DNA of 64,000 nucleotides, taken from contig JAWAFD010000002.1 in assembly GCA_038890745.1 (NCBI GenBank), positions 96,001 to 160,000 of the forward strand, written 5' to 3'. Source of the stretch: Candidatus Anstonellales archaeon (GTDB lineage Archaea; Micrarchaeota; Micrarchaeia; Anstonellales; J096). Below are positions 27,563-37,957 of this stretch, piece by piece; position 1 is the first letter of the stretch, and each line of letters starts with the position of its first letter. Below the pieces are notes generated by a model, which worked only from the letters and a program-made list of their open reading frames with translations, searched no databases and was not told the origin of the DNA. The position numbers were made by a program, and so were the translations under genes.

Positions 27563-28441
27563 CTATTTATATTTGTTTTTGTAAACCACAATCATCTCGT
27601 CTATTCCCTTCCACAAACTTCTAGGAGCAAACCCGAGTTCGTTGTATGCTTTTGCAAAATCAAAAACCCTATCTGAGGAAAGGATGTCAAAATGCTCCTG
27701 AGAAAATTTTATTCCTGCCCATGTAGAAAGCGTTTTTGCGATTCCGGGGGGGAGCTTGAGCCATGGTGGTTTTTTTCCAAGCGCGTTTGCAACATATGCA
27801 TAAATATCTTTTTGTTTTTCTGCTTTCCCTGAAATCACATATATCCCATGGGCATTCTTTTCATAAGCCAATTTGAATGCATGCGCAACATCCTCAACAT
27901 GCACAAAAGGAATTCTGTTCTCGCCGCTCCCGAAAATGATCATCTTCCCCTTATCTATTAGTCTTATTATCCTAAAATAGTCTTCATACTCAGGCCCGTA
28001 CATTGTTGCAATTCTCAGCGCAACATTTTCCTTATTTTTGTTCAGCACTATGTTTTCAGCTTCTAACTTCGCCCTTGCGTACGCAGAGTCAGGTCTTAAC
28101 TCTGTAAATTCATCAGCCGGAATCTCGGCAAGTTTTTTTCCATAAACCGCTATGCTGGATGCGTATATTATTTTTCCTTCTGGGAGTGCTTCGGTGATGT
28201 TTTCCGTAATCTCAACATTCCCCTTTCTCAGCTCGGATTCATTCTCAAAATCCATGCTTCCTGCAGCGTGCAACACAATATCCCCTTTCTTGAAAATTTT
28301 TTCAAGTTGGGTTCTGCTGTAGTTTGTGAGGATGCTTTTTCTTCCGATAATCGGCTTTCGTGAGAGTGGTGTTGCTTTTGGAAACGCATCCAAAAGACGC
28401 TTCCCAAGCCTTCCGCTCGCACCGGTTATGTACATCATCAT
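27563..28441 (-). CDS. NAD-dependent epimerase/dehydratase
   Basis: ITGASGRLG, SSIAVYG, YARAK and FVHVEDVA motifs. Confidence 0.88.
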   Translation of the reverse strand: MMMYITGASGRLGKRLLDAFPKATPLSRKPIIGRKSILTNYSRTQLEKIFKKGDIVLHAAGSMDFENESELRKGNVEITENITEALPEGKIIYASSIAVYGKKLAEIPADEFTELRPDSAYARAKLEAENIVLNKNKENVALRIATMYGPEYEDYFRIIRLIDKGKMIIFGSGENRIPFVHVEDVAHAFKLAYEKNAHGIYVISGKAEKQKDIYAYVANALGKKPPWLKLPPGIAKTLSTWAGIKFSQEHFDILSSDRVFDFAKAYNELGFAPRSLWKGIDEMIVVYKNKYK

Positions 28442-28507
28442 AGTTTTTGATTATGGAAATATTTTTATACATTCATTATTATAATTTTACACAATGGTTG
28501 TGGTGGG

Positions 28508-29521
28508 TTGATGAGAGAGAGGAACGGAATAAAATTTTTTGGGAGTCATACTGTTGTTGGCATACTCAATGAGAATAAGCTTTTTGATTTGAAATACATA
28601 AAAGAAAATGGAGGAAGGTTACCACCGTACATCATTGCCGTTGGGGATAGGAGGAGGGTTTGGAAGGCAAAGAACCTTCTTGAAGAATTCGTGCTTTTGG
28701 ATGAGGAGGCAAAAAGGTTTGGTTTGGATTTTGCCGGGAGGGTTGCGGTTGCGGTAGGAAAGTTCAAGGGCGTGCCCGTGTGTGTTTTTGAAACCCAGAT
28801 GGGATGCCCTGCAACCCAGATAAACGCAAATGAGATTCTTTATTTCTCAGATGATGAAGGGTATTTTGTTGATGGGGATAGGGTAGTTAGCGATGGGATA
28901 TATATAATAAGGGTTGGGACATGCGCAGGCATAAATGCCGGGGATAATGTTGCGCCAGTATTAGAAATCGGAGATGTTGTCATATCCGAGCGCTCCTTTG
29001 GTTCTGTCGGCGCCATACTCCAATCCTACATCGGAAAGATTAACTTTTTGGACGGTGTGGAAAGAAAGGATATTATTTCTTCACGTCTTGTTAAAGAGGC
29101 GATCAGTTTGGATGGGAGGGACAGAACGCTTATGGCAGAAGAGTCTGAGGTTATAATTTATTCCCTAAAAGCACATGCTGAAAATAAAAGAATTAGGTAT
29201 TTTGTTGGCAACGATTTTACTAAGGATTCCCTGTACGCTGAGTTCAGCGAGGAAGATTTCGTTTTTCTTAGAAAGAATTACGGAGTAATTACTACAGAGA
29301 TGGAACAGCTTTCCATAGACGCCCTAGCGGCAGTTTACAGAAATGCTGGCATACCTGTTCATAGTGGTCTGATATCTTCTGTTGTCGGCGTAATACCGGG
29401 AAAATCATTCCCGGATAAAGAAGAAGAGTTCAGAAAGGTTGAGAGAGCCGAACAGAATTCTTTGGAGATAGCACTGAATGCTCTTTACTCTATCGCAAAA
29501 TCAAAAAACCGCGGCTTATAG
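28508..29521 (+). CDS. Nucleoside (uridine-type) phosphorylase family protein
   Basis: VGDRRRV, MGCPAT, IIRVGTCAGI, D.LY and TEME motifs of the PNP_UDP family. Confidence 0.75.
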   Translation: MMRERNGIKFFGSHTVVGILNENKLFDLKYIKENGGRLPPYIIAVGDRRRVWKAKNLLEEFVLLDEEAKRFGLDFAGRVAVAVGKFKGVPVCVFETQMGCPATQINANEILYFSDDEGYFVDGDRVVSDGIYIIRVGTCAGINAGDNVAPVLEIGDVVISERSFGSVGAILQSYIGKINFLDGVERKDIISSRLVKEAISLDGRDRTLMAEESEVIIYSLKAHAENKRIRYFVGNDFTKDSLYAEFSEEDFVFLRKNYGVITTEMEQLSIDALAAVYRNAGIPVHSGLISSVVGVIPGKSFPDKEEEFRKVERAEQNSLEIALNALYSIAKSKNRGL

Positions 29522-30442
29522 CTTTAGTTTTTCAAAAAACATTTTTTTCCTTTCTGCCTTTCTTTTCATTCCGAGCAGGATCTTTCTTGATCGCTGGTCG
29601 ATTTTATCCTTCAACATATTGTTGCAAAAATGCAGAAATTCATTATAGTGCGCAAGCGGATTTTTGCATCTTGTCCCCCAGTCAAAAACAGCACATTTCA
29701 TCTTCCTCCCAAGGAATTCCCCATAGTTTTTTAGTATATGCTTTTTTGTTTCTTCGGGGAATAGGACTGTTTTTCCAAAAAACCTCAGGTCTGTACCGTC
29801 AGGCATGAGATGGAAAAACTCCTCGCAAACGAACAGGAAAAGCTCTGAATCAGGGAAACTTCTTTTCATTTCTTTTTCAATTTTCCTTATCCTTTTCCCC
29901 CCGCTGTAGGAGCATGCTAGGGAGGTTATTATAAGCCTGTTGAGTTTTAGTTTTGCTTTTTTCATTTCATTAAAAAGCAGAGAGGTTGCCTTCTCTAGCG
30001 TCGCTGCTGTGGCTATGGTATCTCCTATTATTATGGTAGCGTTGTTCGGGAGGGATTCAAAATTTTTGTAATCCGCATCAGCTACGAATCTTCCCTTTGT
30101 TCCTTCTATTTTTCTTCTTTTGATCCCTATAAAACACTGGGGCAATGCCTCACCGTATACTTTTTTGAACCCATGGTTTATTCCGTAGAATAACCCGCCG
30201 GAGAGAAGGACAAGCTCGCATGCATTTTTGAGCTTTGAGCCCTTAACAGCCATACCCATTGCTTTCACAAATGTTTCCCCAACTTTGTCCATTCCATCCT
30301 GCAATTCTTTTCCTGCCAAATATGGTTTGAACAAAACATCCCTTGCGTATTTGGAAGAGAGTATGAAGGTTTTTTCCGGAAGGTTTCTATCCCTCACTCT
30401 GTACAGCACAAAACCATTTTTTGAGGATAGCTTTTGGATCAT
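29516..30442 (-). CDS. Type I phosphoribosyltransferase-like protein (UPRT-like)
   Basis: PRPP-binding loop IIIGDTIATAATL; LVLLSGG; late FDWGTR resembling the UPRT GDxGDR motif. Confidence 0.6.
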   Translation of the reverse strand: MIQKLSSKNGFVLYRVRDRNLPEKTFILSSKYARDVLFKPYLAGKELQDGMDKVGETFVKAMGMAVKGSKLKNACELVLLSGGLFYGINHGFKKVYGEALPQCFIGIKRRKIEGTKGRFVADADYKNFESLPNNATIIIGDTIATAATLEKATSLLFNEMKKAKLKLNRLIITSLACSYSGGKRIRKIEKEMKRSFPDSELFLFVCEEFFHLMPDGTDLRFFGKTVLFPEETKKHILKNYGEFLGRKMKCAVFDWGTRCKNPLAHYNEFLHFCNNMLKDKIDQRSRKILLGMKRKAERKKMFFEKLKL

Positions 30443-30494
30443 CGTAATGGATTGAGGTATTCTTTTTTAAAACATTTTGTGCGCATTTCATTTC

Positions 30495-31079
30495 ATGAAT
30501 GTTTTTAGCCTTTTGAAAGAATACGACAAGAGCTTTTTAGAAGCAAAAAAAATTCTGATTTCAGATGGTGTTATCATCTACCCAACGGATACGCTTTATG
30601 GAATAGGCGGAAATGCGCTCAAAGAAAAGGTTGTGGAAAGGATAAGGAAGATAAAAGGGAGGGAAGGTGAAAAACCCATGAGCGTTGTGCTCGGTGGCCT
30701 TTCCATGATTTTGGATTTTTTTGAGATCAACGATGAGCAAATGGCTTACATTACCCGCTACCTTCCCGGTCCATACACATTCTTACTTAAACCAAAAAAA
30801 CCCATGGCTGTTAGTGAGGGATTGGTTGGGATAAGGGTTCCGGAGCATATTTTTATTATAAGACTTGTAAAGGAGGTCGGGTTTCCTATCGTTTCAACCT
30901 CTGCGAACATTTCAGGTGAGCCAGCTCCTTATCGGGTTGAGAATATAAAAAAAGAGGTTTTGGATGGGGCGGATTTAGTCATAGATGGCGGGCCTACGAA
31001 ATATAAGGAGGGTTCTACTGTTGTTGATTTGGTGAATAAAAAAATAATAAGAAAGGGCGCGGGGGAGTTTGAGTTTTAG
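30495..31079 (+). CDS. sua5: L-threonylcarbamoyladenylate synthase (TsaC/Sua5, YrdC domain only)
   Basis: YPTDTLYGIG, KGR..KP, PGPYT, GIRVP, STSANISG and STVVD motifs. Confidence 0.92.
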   Translation: MNVFSLLKEYDKSFLEAKKILISDGVIIYPTDTLYGIGGNALKEKVVERIRKIKGREGEKPMSVVLGGLSMILDFFEINDEQMAYITRYLPGPYTFLLKPKKPMAVSEGLVGIRVPEHIFIIRLVKEVGFPIVSTSANISGEPAPYRVENIKKEVLDGADLVIDGGPTKYKEGSTVVDLVNKKIIRKGAGEFEF

Positions 31080-34000
31080 TTATGGGCATTCCGCAAGTAT
31101 TGTAATTGTTTGATTGTATGTTCCGTTCTGCTGTCCTATCGGGGTGTATAGTTGCAGATAAAGTGTAAAGAAATCTCCACCTGGAAGGTTTTCGTAAACA
31201 AGCGCTGGCGAATTTGTAATTGGTGTTTTTGTTTCATAACTTCCAGAGGTTGTGTTCCATCTTGTTCTTGTAGAAGAGAATGTTGAAGGGCCTACCCAGT
31301 TTGTTCCATTTATTGAAAAGTTCCCCGGTATTGTTCCGGAATTGGTTATGGTTATGGTTTTTTCTGCACTTATGACATTTGTTGTAAGCGCGCCAAAGTA
31401 AACATCTGTTTCACTGGCATATACGCCGCATGTATCCGGAATAACCTCAACGGTTGTATTTTTCCATTCGCTCCAATATGTTCCATCATACGCCCGGGCT
31501 TCGCATGTAATATTATCCCCAGCAGAGCTTTCGTTTGCAGGGAGGGAAACATTCGATTCTATCCATGAATCCCTAATACCAGAACCGTAGCCATCATACG
31601 CAGGCAAGTGTACATCATTTACATACCATCTGAACTGAACATTTTCTGCATCATAGGGGTCTTCATGCGTATAGTATGCTCTGCATAATGCGTTTGAGGA
31701 TTCGTAGACAGGGGTTGGATAGATCTCAACCTCTGTGATGTTTCCGGGGAAACAGGAGCGATTTGTTACATCCGTAGGACCTGAAACATTGACAATGCCA
31801 TAAAGATTTCCGCATCCTGTATTTCCGCTATCCATTCCAACTATTATGTTTGCAAAATAATTCCTTGAGATGTAGTTTGTTGTTCCGCTCACCCTTATTG
31901 CAGACAAGAAAGGTTGGGTTGAGAGAGTAAAGAAGTTTTTGTAAATTATGTTGCCCTCCCCTGAACACATTATGCACTGCCACCCACTGCATCTTCCTGT
32001 AAGGTTGTTGTAAGAAACATTATTCTCATTTGCATATATCTGTATCTCACCATCATATATTCTGTTTCCTTCAATCCTAGTGTATTTGGCATTAGCGATG
32101 GTTATTCCCTTATCTCCTGAAGCTGTTCCATTTATATCATTCTTGATAACAATATTATTCTCTGCTAGGTAGCCAGCGCCAGAAATGTATAACGTTTGTC
32201 CTGTGATGTTCAAACCTTCCACGATATTATTATCAGAATCCCTGTATATGTGAACTGAGCTACCGGTTGTCCCGGTTATTAAGGAGTTTTCAATTTTATT
32301 ATTGGATGAGAAATCAACCATTACCCCAATCTGAGCATTGCTTATAGTATAGTTCGATATGTTGTTTTCATTGCTTCTCAAGAGATAGGTCATGCTGTAA
32401 AGGTTGTTTCCGGTGTTTTCATAAAATTCGTTCCTGTTGCTCAGCACAGCAAGAATCCCCATTTCCCCTTCGTTCCCGTTCATCTCAACATTTCTTACTA
32501 TAGAGTTATTCACGTCGCAGAGAATCAACTCAGATGCATCATTTATGTTTTCTATAATTATTCCCTCAACATTATAGTACCTCACCATCTCATCTTCATG
32601 TGTGACATTGCTAAAGTTTATTCCTCCGCAAAGTGTTGGGTCTGTAAAATCCAAGAATGCCGGGAAGTTTAATAGATTGTGCATTTCTGAATCGCAGAAA
32701 TAGAGCTCACCGCTGTTTACTACATATATCCCGTATGCTGAATTCTTTATTTCATTTCTGCAAACCGTCCCATTCTTTGCGTTCAGAAATCTTATCCCAT
32801 ACATAACATCGGTTATGTTGTTGTCCAATATTTCGAACTTTGTAGTGCTTCCATATGCAGAAGCAGTTATGTACACTCCCGCCCTTTCCAGCAATCCGGT
32901 TCCAAAAACCTCATTTTCATATACTGAAAATTCTGTTGAATAATCCGCGCTTCCGTATGCGGATGAAAAAATAATCCCGCTTCCTGGTGTACTTATTCTA
33001 TTTCTGTAAACAGAGATATCCTTTCCACCGTAAAAGTTTATTGCACCATTGTTTATGTCGTAGCCGGTATCTGTTAAGTTGTTATGTTTTACTTCTGTAT
33101 GGTTAGCATAGCTTACTGATATACCCTTCTGGGTGAAATCAGAGAGTAGGTTGCTTTCTATATTTCCATACAGAATGTTGTCTATCTGGACTCCGTCCCG
33201 CCCACTTCTGAAATCTGAGCCATAAATATCAACATTCTTAGAATAACCGCGCATCCATACCGAAGCACCGGCGTTCTCAACCCTGCTTTGATTCAAAACA
33301 AAGCCATCAACATTGGTTGTGTATATACCAGTACTGGTGTATGTCCAGTCAACAAGCTCGAATGTTGGAATGGAAGAATCGGGAATTGTTGTAATGTTTG
33401 CCTTATAAATATATATGCTGTTCGAGTTTTGAATGTTCATTCCTTCAATACGCGCATCCGTGATGGCAAAATCCTCAAAATAAACCCCATCACTTCCAAC
33501 AACTTTTACAGGAATGTATGCATTGGAAATGTTTATCCTTCTTCCATCCACGCTATCAGAGTAATAAGAGAAAAGCGCATGCTTAATCTCCATATCTGCA
33601 AGTGTTGCGGTTGAAACATCGCACATAAAAATCTGCGAGTATGTTCCGGAAGGAGGAGAGAATCCTCCGGATGTTGTGTAAACAACCTCATTTCCATCAA
33701 CAGTATAGTTTGAAACTGAGATTTCCCCGCATCCAGAACCAGAGACATCCAGCCCTATCGGATACCGGGCTATGTTACTTCCATTCAAATTCTCTACATA
33801 AACATCCCTGTCTAAAGTTCCGTAGAATCCGTATGTTGAATCAGTTATTTCCCCATTAAGAAAATCAATGCTTTCATATCTGGGAAGCATAAAGATCGCA
33901 GCGCCTGCATTCCTTATTTTAAATTCATCAAAAGTGATGTTTGCTGTTCCGTTTCCTAAGATGTTTATTCCTCCCTTGACCATCGTAATGTTCCTGAATC

Positions 34001-34889
34001 TTGCGTTGCTTACGTTGAACAAAACAATCTCGGAGGTTTTGTTGTTTTCAAAAAGAGTATCCTGCTGATCTATAAAAACTAAAATTGGGTCTCCATCCTC
34101 ATTCTCATTCCCCGCGTAGTCATTGTTTTTTCCGTTCGCTTCAAAGTAAATATGCACAAGCCCGGAATCAACAAAAGTATTTTCTGTAATACTGTTGTTT
34201 TCAGAATTGACCACGGCTATCCCATACCAATGGGAATGCTCTATGGTGTTTCCTGTAATCGTGTTGTTTGAGCTATCGTAGATAGCTATCCCATTTCTGT
34301 ATGCATTGTATAGATAATTATTTTTTATTTCATTGTTGTTCGAGTTAGAAAAAAGCACTACGCATGCAGAGCTTGCATCGTATTCACCATTATAGGCGCA
34401 GGAAATACTACATCTTGAGTTTTCTATCAGCGATTCTGTTGTGTTGATAAACATAATAGCTGTTCCTGCAGACCCGCATCCTCTACTGTAGTTCACTTCT
34501 ATAAAAGAGATATTCCGTGAATCCCTCACATATATCGCGTTCATTGAAACTGTTGATGTGGCTAGGTTTTTTATTTTTGAATTTTGCGAATTTACTATAT
34601 AAATTCCTCCATTAGTGCTATGCGTACTCCCATTTTCAACCAATACACCAGATGTATCTGTTATTACTATTCCCCATCCTCCGTACCCCTGAACATTGTA
34701 TCCATTGAGGTTGAATGTTATGTTTTCACCAGTAATCCTTATGCAGTTCCCACCGTATATGTTATTTTGAAGAACGTAGTATTCGTTTGGGATGTTCAGT
34801 TCCATGCAGCCTGTTACCGGTGTTAAAGAAAATACGATTCCGAACAGAATAGAGAATGTAAAAATGATTTTCGCATTCATGGAGACCAC
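31080..34889 (-). CDS. Secreted NosD/parallel beta-helix repeat protein with C-terminal Ig-like domains
   Basis: Signal peptide, extensive beta-helix repeats, C-terminal ITCEARAYDGTYWSEW Ig/FN3-like strand, no TM anchor. Confidence 0.8.
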   Translation of the reverse strand: MVSMNAKIIFTFSILFGIVFSLTPVTGCMELNIPNEYYVLQNNIYGGNCIRITGENITFNLNGYNVQGYGGWGIVITDTSGVLVENGSTHSTNGGIYIVNSQNSKIKNLATSTVSMNAIYVRDSRNISFIEVNYSRGCGSAGTAIMFINTTESLIENSRCSISCAYNGEYDASSACVVLFSNSNNNEIKNNYLYNAYRNGIAIYDSSNNTITGNTIEHSHWYGIAVVNSENNSITENTFVDSGLVHIYFEANGKNNDYAGNENEDGDPILVFIDQQDTLFENNKTSEIVLFNVSNARFRNITMVKGGINILGNGTANITFDEFKIRNAGAAIFMLPRYESIDFLNGEITDSTYGFYGTLDRDVYVENLNGSNIARYPIGLDVSGSGCGEISVSNYTVDGNEVVYTTSGGFSPPSGTYSQIFMCDVSTATLADMEIKHALFSYYSDSVDGRRINISNAYIPVKVVGSDGVYFEDFAITDARIEGMNIQNSNSIYIYKANITTIPDSSIPTFELVDWTYTSTGIYTTNVDGFVLNQSRVENAGASVWMRGYSKNVDIYGSDFRSGRDGVQIDNILYGNIESNLLSDFTQKGISVSYANHTEVKHNNLTDTGYDINNGAINFYGGKDISVYRNRISTPGSGIIFSSAYGSADYSTEFSVYENEVFGTGLLERAGVYITASAYGSTTKFEILDNNITDVMYGIRFLNAKNGTVCRNEIKNSAYGIYVVNSGELYFCDSEMHNLLNFPAFLDFTDPTLCGGINFSNVTHEDEMVRYYNVEGIIIENINDASELILCDVNNSIVRNVEMNGNEGEMGILAVLSNRNEFYENTGNNLYSMTYLLRSNENNISNYTISNAQIGVMVDFSSNNKIENSLITGTTGSSVHIYRDSDNNIVEGLNITGQTLYISGAGYLAENNIVIKNDINGTASGDKGITIANAKYTRIEGNRIYDGEIQIYANENNVSYNNLTGRCSGWQCIMCSGEGNIIYKNFFTLSTQPFLSAIRVSGTTNYISRNYFANIIVGMDSGNTGCGNLYGIVNVSGPTDVTNRSCFPGNITEVEIYPTPVYESSNALCRAYYTHEDPYDAENVQFRWYVNDVHLPAYDGYGSGIRDSWIESNVSLPANESSAGDNITCEARAYDGTYWSEWKNTTVEVIPDTCGVYASETDVYFGALTTNVISAEKTITITNSGTIPGNFSINGTNWVGPSTFSSTRTRWNTTSGSYETKTPITNSPALVYENLPGGDFFTLYLQLYTPIGQQNGTYNQTITILAECP

Positions 34890-34913
34890 AGAAAAAATTA
34901 TACAAAAACCTTT

Positions 34914-35627
34914 TTAAACCAATTCAAAATACACCCGTCTATTATCCTTTCCTTTGTTCTCTAATTTTATTATTCTTATCTTTCCGACCTCCTTCAAATT
35001 TTTAACATGCGTTCCACCATCTGCTTGAATATCAACACCAGCGATCTCAACTATTCTAAGAGGGTCTATGTTTGGGGGGAGGGCGCCGGCAAGCTTTACC
35101 ATCTCAGGGTTTTTCATGGCTTCTGCTCTCGGCATATAGTATGTTTTAACTTCTATGTTTTTTCCTAAGATTTCGTTTGCTTCTGCAACTGCCCTTTCAA
35201 AAGTTTCCCTGTCAAAATTTTCAAGATTGAAATCAAACCTACTCTTATCAACATCCAACTGGTTTCCTGTTATTTTTGCATTATATTTTTTGTAAAGCAC
35301 ACCGCCGGCGAGAACGTGCGCTGCGGTATGCATCCTCATTAACTTATACCTTCTATCCCAATCCAAAATACATTTTACCTCCTCCCCTTCCTTCAGCCCT
35401 TCTCCATCAACCTCATGGCTTATTTTTCCTTCGAATTTTCCTACAAAAACTACCCTAAACTCCTTTCCATCACTTTTCCTTATTATTTTTCCAGTATCAT
35501 GCGGCTGCCCACCGCCATTCGGATAGAAGATTGTTCTGTTCAAAACAACATATTTCCCGTCCTTAACGCTCTCAACTTTCGCATCGCATTCTTTCAAATA
35601 ACTATCCTCTAAGTATAGAGCTTCCAT
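34914..35627 (-). CDS. alaXM: Alanyl-tRNA editing protein AlaX-M
   Basis: LYLEDSY, FYPNGGGQPHD, MRMHTAAH and DGGTHV motifs. Confidence 0.92.
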   Translation of the reverse strand: MEALYLEDSYLKECDAKVESVKDGKYVVLNRTIFYPNGGGQPHDTGKIIRKSDGKEFRVVFVGKFEGKISHEVDGEGLKEGEEVKCILDWDRRYKLMRMHTAAHVLAGGVLYKKYNAKITGNQLDVDKSRFDFNLENFDRETFERAVAEANEILGKNIEVKTYYMPRAEAMKNPEMVKLAGALPPNIDPLRIVEIAGVDIQADGGTHVKNLKEVGKIRIIKLENKGKDNRRVYFELV

Positions 35628-35696
35628 ACGATCACAGAATTCTGATTATGAATAGGTTTAAAAAAAGTTTCAGTTAGTTTAAGATGGGGTGAGAGG

Positions 35697-36002
35697 ATGG
35701 ATGTTTTGATAGCAACATTTGCGAGAATAGAAGAATCAACCGGAAGAAAAGAGGGAATCCTTGTTTTGACAAAAGAGGAAATAAGCTTCTTTGTAAAGGA
35801 TAAAAAAGACCTTGCAAGGGAAAGGGTAATCCCACTCAGGGCGATAAAAGAATACAAGATAGAAGAAAAAAGGCAGCTGCTTGGCAAGAAGCCAGTTCTT
35901 GTTCTTGAGTATGATGCGGATGAGATAGCAAAGATCGTTGCTATAGAAACATTACAGGTTTATGAGATTGCAAGCTATCTGAAGAAAAAGGCGAGAGGGT
36001 GA
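35697..36002 (+). CDS. Hypothetical protein (PH-like fold possible)
   Basis: EGILVLT...ISFF...IPL.AI pattern; operonic with the pilin-like genes. Confidence 0.5.
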   Translation: MDVLIATFARIEESTGRKEGILVLTKEEISFFVKDKKDLARERVIPLRAIKEYKIEEKRQLLGKKPVLVLEYDADEIAKIVAIETLQVYEIASYLKKKARG

Positions 36003-36919
36003 GGGGATACTTAAGCTTTCTTCTTGTTGTAAGCTTCCTTACCATCTCCCTTAATTTTGTGCATTCCTTCCTTTATTACAAGGGGTTTTCTCAGGATAAA
36101 GCACTAATGATGGAGAGGGCATACCAGGCTGAGCTGGATTATAAAGCACTCACGAAAGCGTATGCTAGTGGTGCCACGATCGCGGCTACAAGTTTGTACA
36201 TCGTGCAGGTTACGGAAAAATCAGCATTAGAAGCAACCGAGGAGTCTTTGGAGTGCTTGGAGGGAGCCCCTGCCTGTTTTGCTGCAATCTTTCCTGTTAA
36301 GTTTGTGAGCAATTTCAAAATCGATGAGCTGAAATCCTACATAAAAAAATCCGTTGCGTTTTCAACAGCCCTTGTGTGGATTAATGCGATGGAGGGGTTG
36401 GAGGAAAGGGGGTTTAAGGTTTTTCCTTGGTGCGGGCAGGTGAGCAAATTCCAGCTTAAAGAAACAGCTAAGAATGCCGGAAATGCAAAAAGCCACCATC
36501 CATTTCCAGTACCAGCTGGCGCGGTAACTGGGTGGGGAAGCGATGCCCCCCATCTTACAAATTACTTGGAGTGCGAGGATGGGGTTGATGTTGAGGTAAG
36601 CTTTGACCCTGAAAAAGTAAAGAATCTTAAAATCAGCGGCAAAAACGATGTTGAGAGGTATGCAACAGATTTTACAAAGCTTCTCTCCATAGATGTTTAC
36701 TTAGGTTCTGGAGGATTTGGAGGGGGGAAGCTTTTTGGATATACCATATATGAGCCTTATTATAGTTATGGGAAAGCAACCTACTATCCTAGGGAGGATG
36801 TGATTCATATAGGGATGAAAGAGATTGTTGATAATAATATTGAATGGGGGGATGTTTTTGAGGAAGGGATTGGAAAGACCGGGGTTGATATGGAAAAGAT
36901 TGTAAATTCTACGAGGTGA
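35999..36919 (+). CDS. Class III signal peptide (type IV pilin-like) protein
   Basis: MRG|YLSFLLVV followed by a hydrophobic helix. Confidence 0.6.
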   Translation: MRGYLSFLLVVSFLTISLNFVHSFLYYKGFSQDKALMMERAYQAELDYKALTKAYASGATIAATSLYIVQVTEKSALEATEESLECLEGAPACFAAIFPVKFVSNFKIDELKSYIKKSVAFSTALVWINAMEGLEERGFKVFPWCGQVSKFQLKETAKNAGNAKSHHPFPVPAGAVTGWGSDAPHLTNYLECEDGVDVEVSFDPEKVKNLKISGKNDVERYATDFTKLLSIDVYLGSGGFGGGKLFGYTIYEPYYSYGKATYYPREDVIHIGMKEIVDNNIEWGDVFEEGIGKTGVDMEKIVNSTR

Positions 36920-36923
36920 GAGG

Positions 36924-37247
36924 ATGGGGCTTGTGAGCATTGAGTTTATGCTTGATTTTCTCATAATCCTCACCGTAATCGCCATGCTCCTCTCAACGGC
37001 TGTTTATTTTCAGGTAGCATCTGAAAAAACATTGCAATTCGCTATTCTTAAAGCAGAGAGCGAGAATAAAGCAAGATTAATAGATAGCTTTGTCCTTTCA
37101 GGATATTCTGGCGGAATATACGCGCAGGATAAACTCTTCGGTGAACCTTATTTTATCGAGCAGGGAAAGGTATACTCTTTCAGAAACGGAACAAAGGTTG
37201 AGATTCCGACAATTGTAAAGGGTGCTTGGAATGTCCAGCCGGTGTAG
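36924..37247 (+). CDS. Pilin-like protein
   Basis: MG|LVSIEFMLDFLIIL: G at -1, E at +5, then a hydrophobic helix. Confidence 0.65.
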   Translation: MGLVSIEFMLDFLIILTVIAMLLSTAVYFQVASEKTLQFAILKAESENKARLIDSFVLSGYSGGIYAQDKLFGEPYFIEQGKVYSFRNGTKVEIPTIVKGAWNVQPV

Positions 37248-37635
37248 AGGGTTTATTTCAATAGACCTCATGCTTTCGATTGTGCCAATAGTGCTCATGC
37301 TTCTTTTTTATGTTCAATATTCTGTGTACTATACGCATAGAACTGTTGAGGTTATGGAAAGGCAATCAACATTCAACAAGCTCGTAACCATTGCGGACTA
37401 TGTTGTAAAGATGAGGGCGAAAACAGTTTCAGATGAGGTTGGAAACCCACAGGCTGTTTATCCGAACTGGCTGGATGAGGATAGCTTGGGGTTTGATGTT
37501 AAAAAAATGCAGGAGGATGCAGGGCTGGATAAGCTTTCCATCGGGTTTAGCAAAGGGGACGGGATATGCATATACAGGATAGTTGTTTACGGAGAGGATA
37601 AGGAGATAAGAAGGTTGTTTGTTTGCGGTGAGTAG
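37231..37635 (+). CDS. Pilin-like protein (class III signal peptide)
   Basis: RCRG|FISIDLMLSIVPIV: acidic residue at +5. Confidence 0.7.
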   Translation: MSSRCRGFISIDLMLSIVPIVLMLLFYVQYSVYYTHRTVEVMERQSTFNKLVTIADYVVKMRAKTVSDEVGNPQAVYPNWLDEDSLGFDVKKMQEDAGLDKLSIGFSKGDGICIYRIVVYGEDKEIRRLFVCGE

Positions 37636-37956
37636 ATGCATACGCTTGAAGCGGTTTTCTCTTTGATCGTGCTCGTTAGTTTTTCCATGATGCTTACGCT
37701 CGGTGCGGATGCACCCACAGACTACACTCTGTATCAGTATCAACTGGCTAACGATGTGTGGAGGGTTCTTTATCTTAAGCATGGGGTTGCCCTTCTTTAC
37801 AACCCTTCCATTGCTGCGGAGGACATGGAAAGGATAACGAGCGAGACAGGTTTGTGCATCCAATCTGATTTTTACACAACCTGCGAGGTTGAGGAAGGGA
37901 TAACGATTAAAAAACCAACCGTTCTTGGTAATGTTGAAATAAAGGTGGGTGTGTAG
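37636..37956 (+). CDS. Pilin-like protein
   Basis: MHTLEAVFSLIVLV resembles a mature minor-pilin N-terminus (TLEA). Confidence 0.6.
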   Translation: MHTLEAVFSLIVLVSFSMMLTLGADAPTDYTLYQYQLANDVWRVLYLKHGVALLYNPSIAAEDMERITSETGLCIQSDFYTTCEVEEGITIKKPTVLGNVEIKVGV

Positions 37957-37957
37957 T

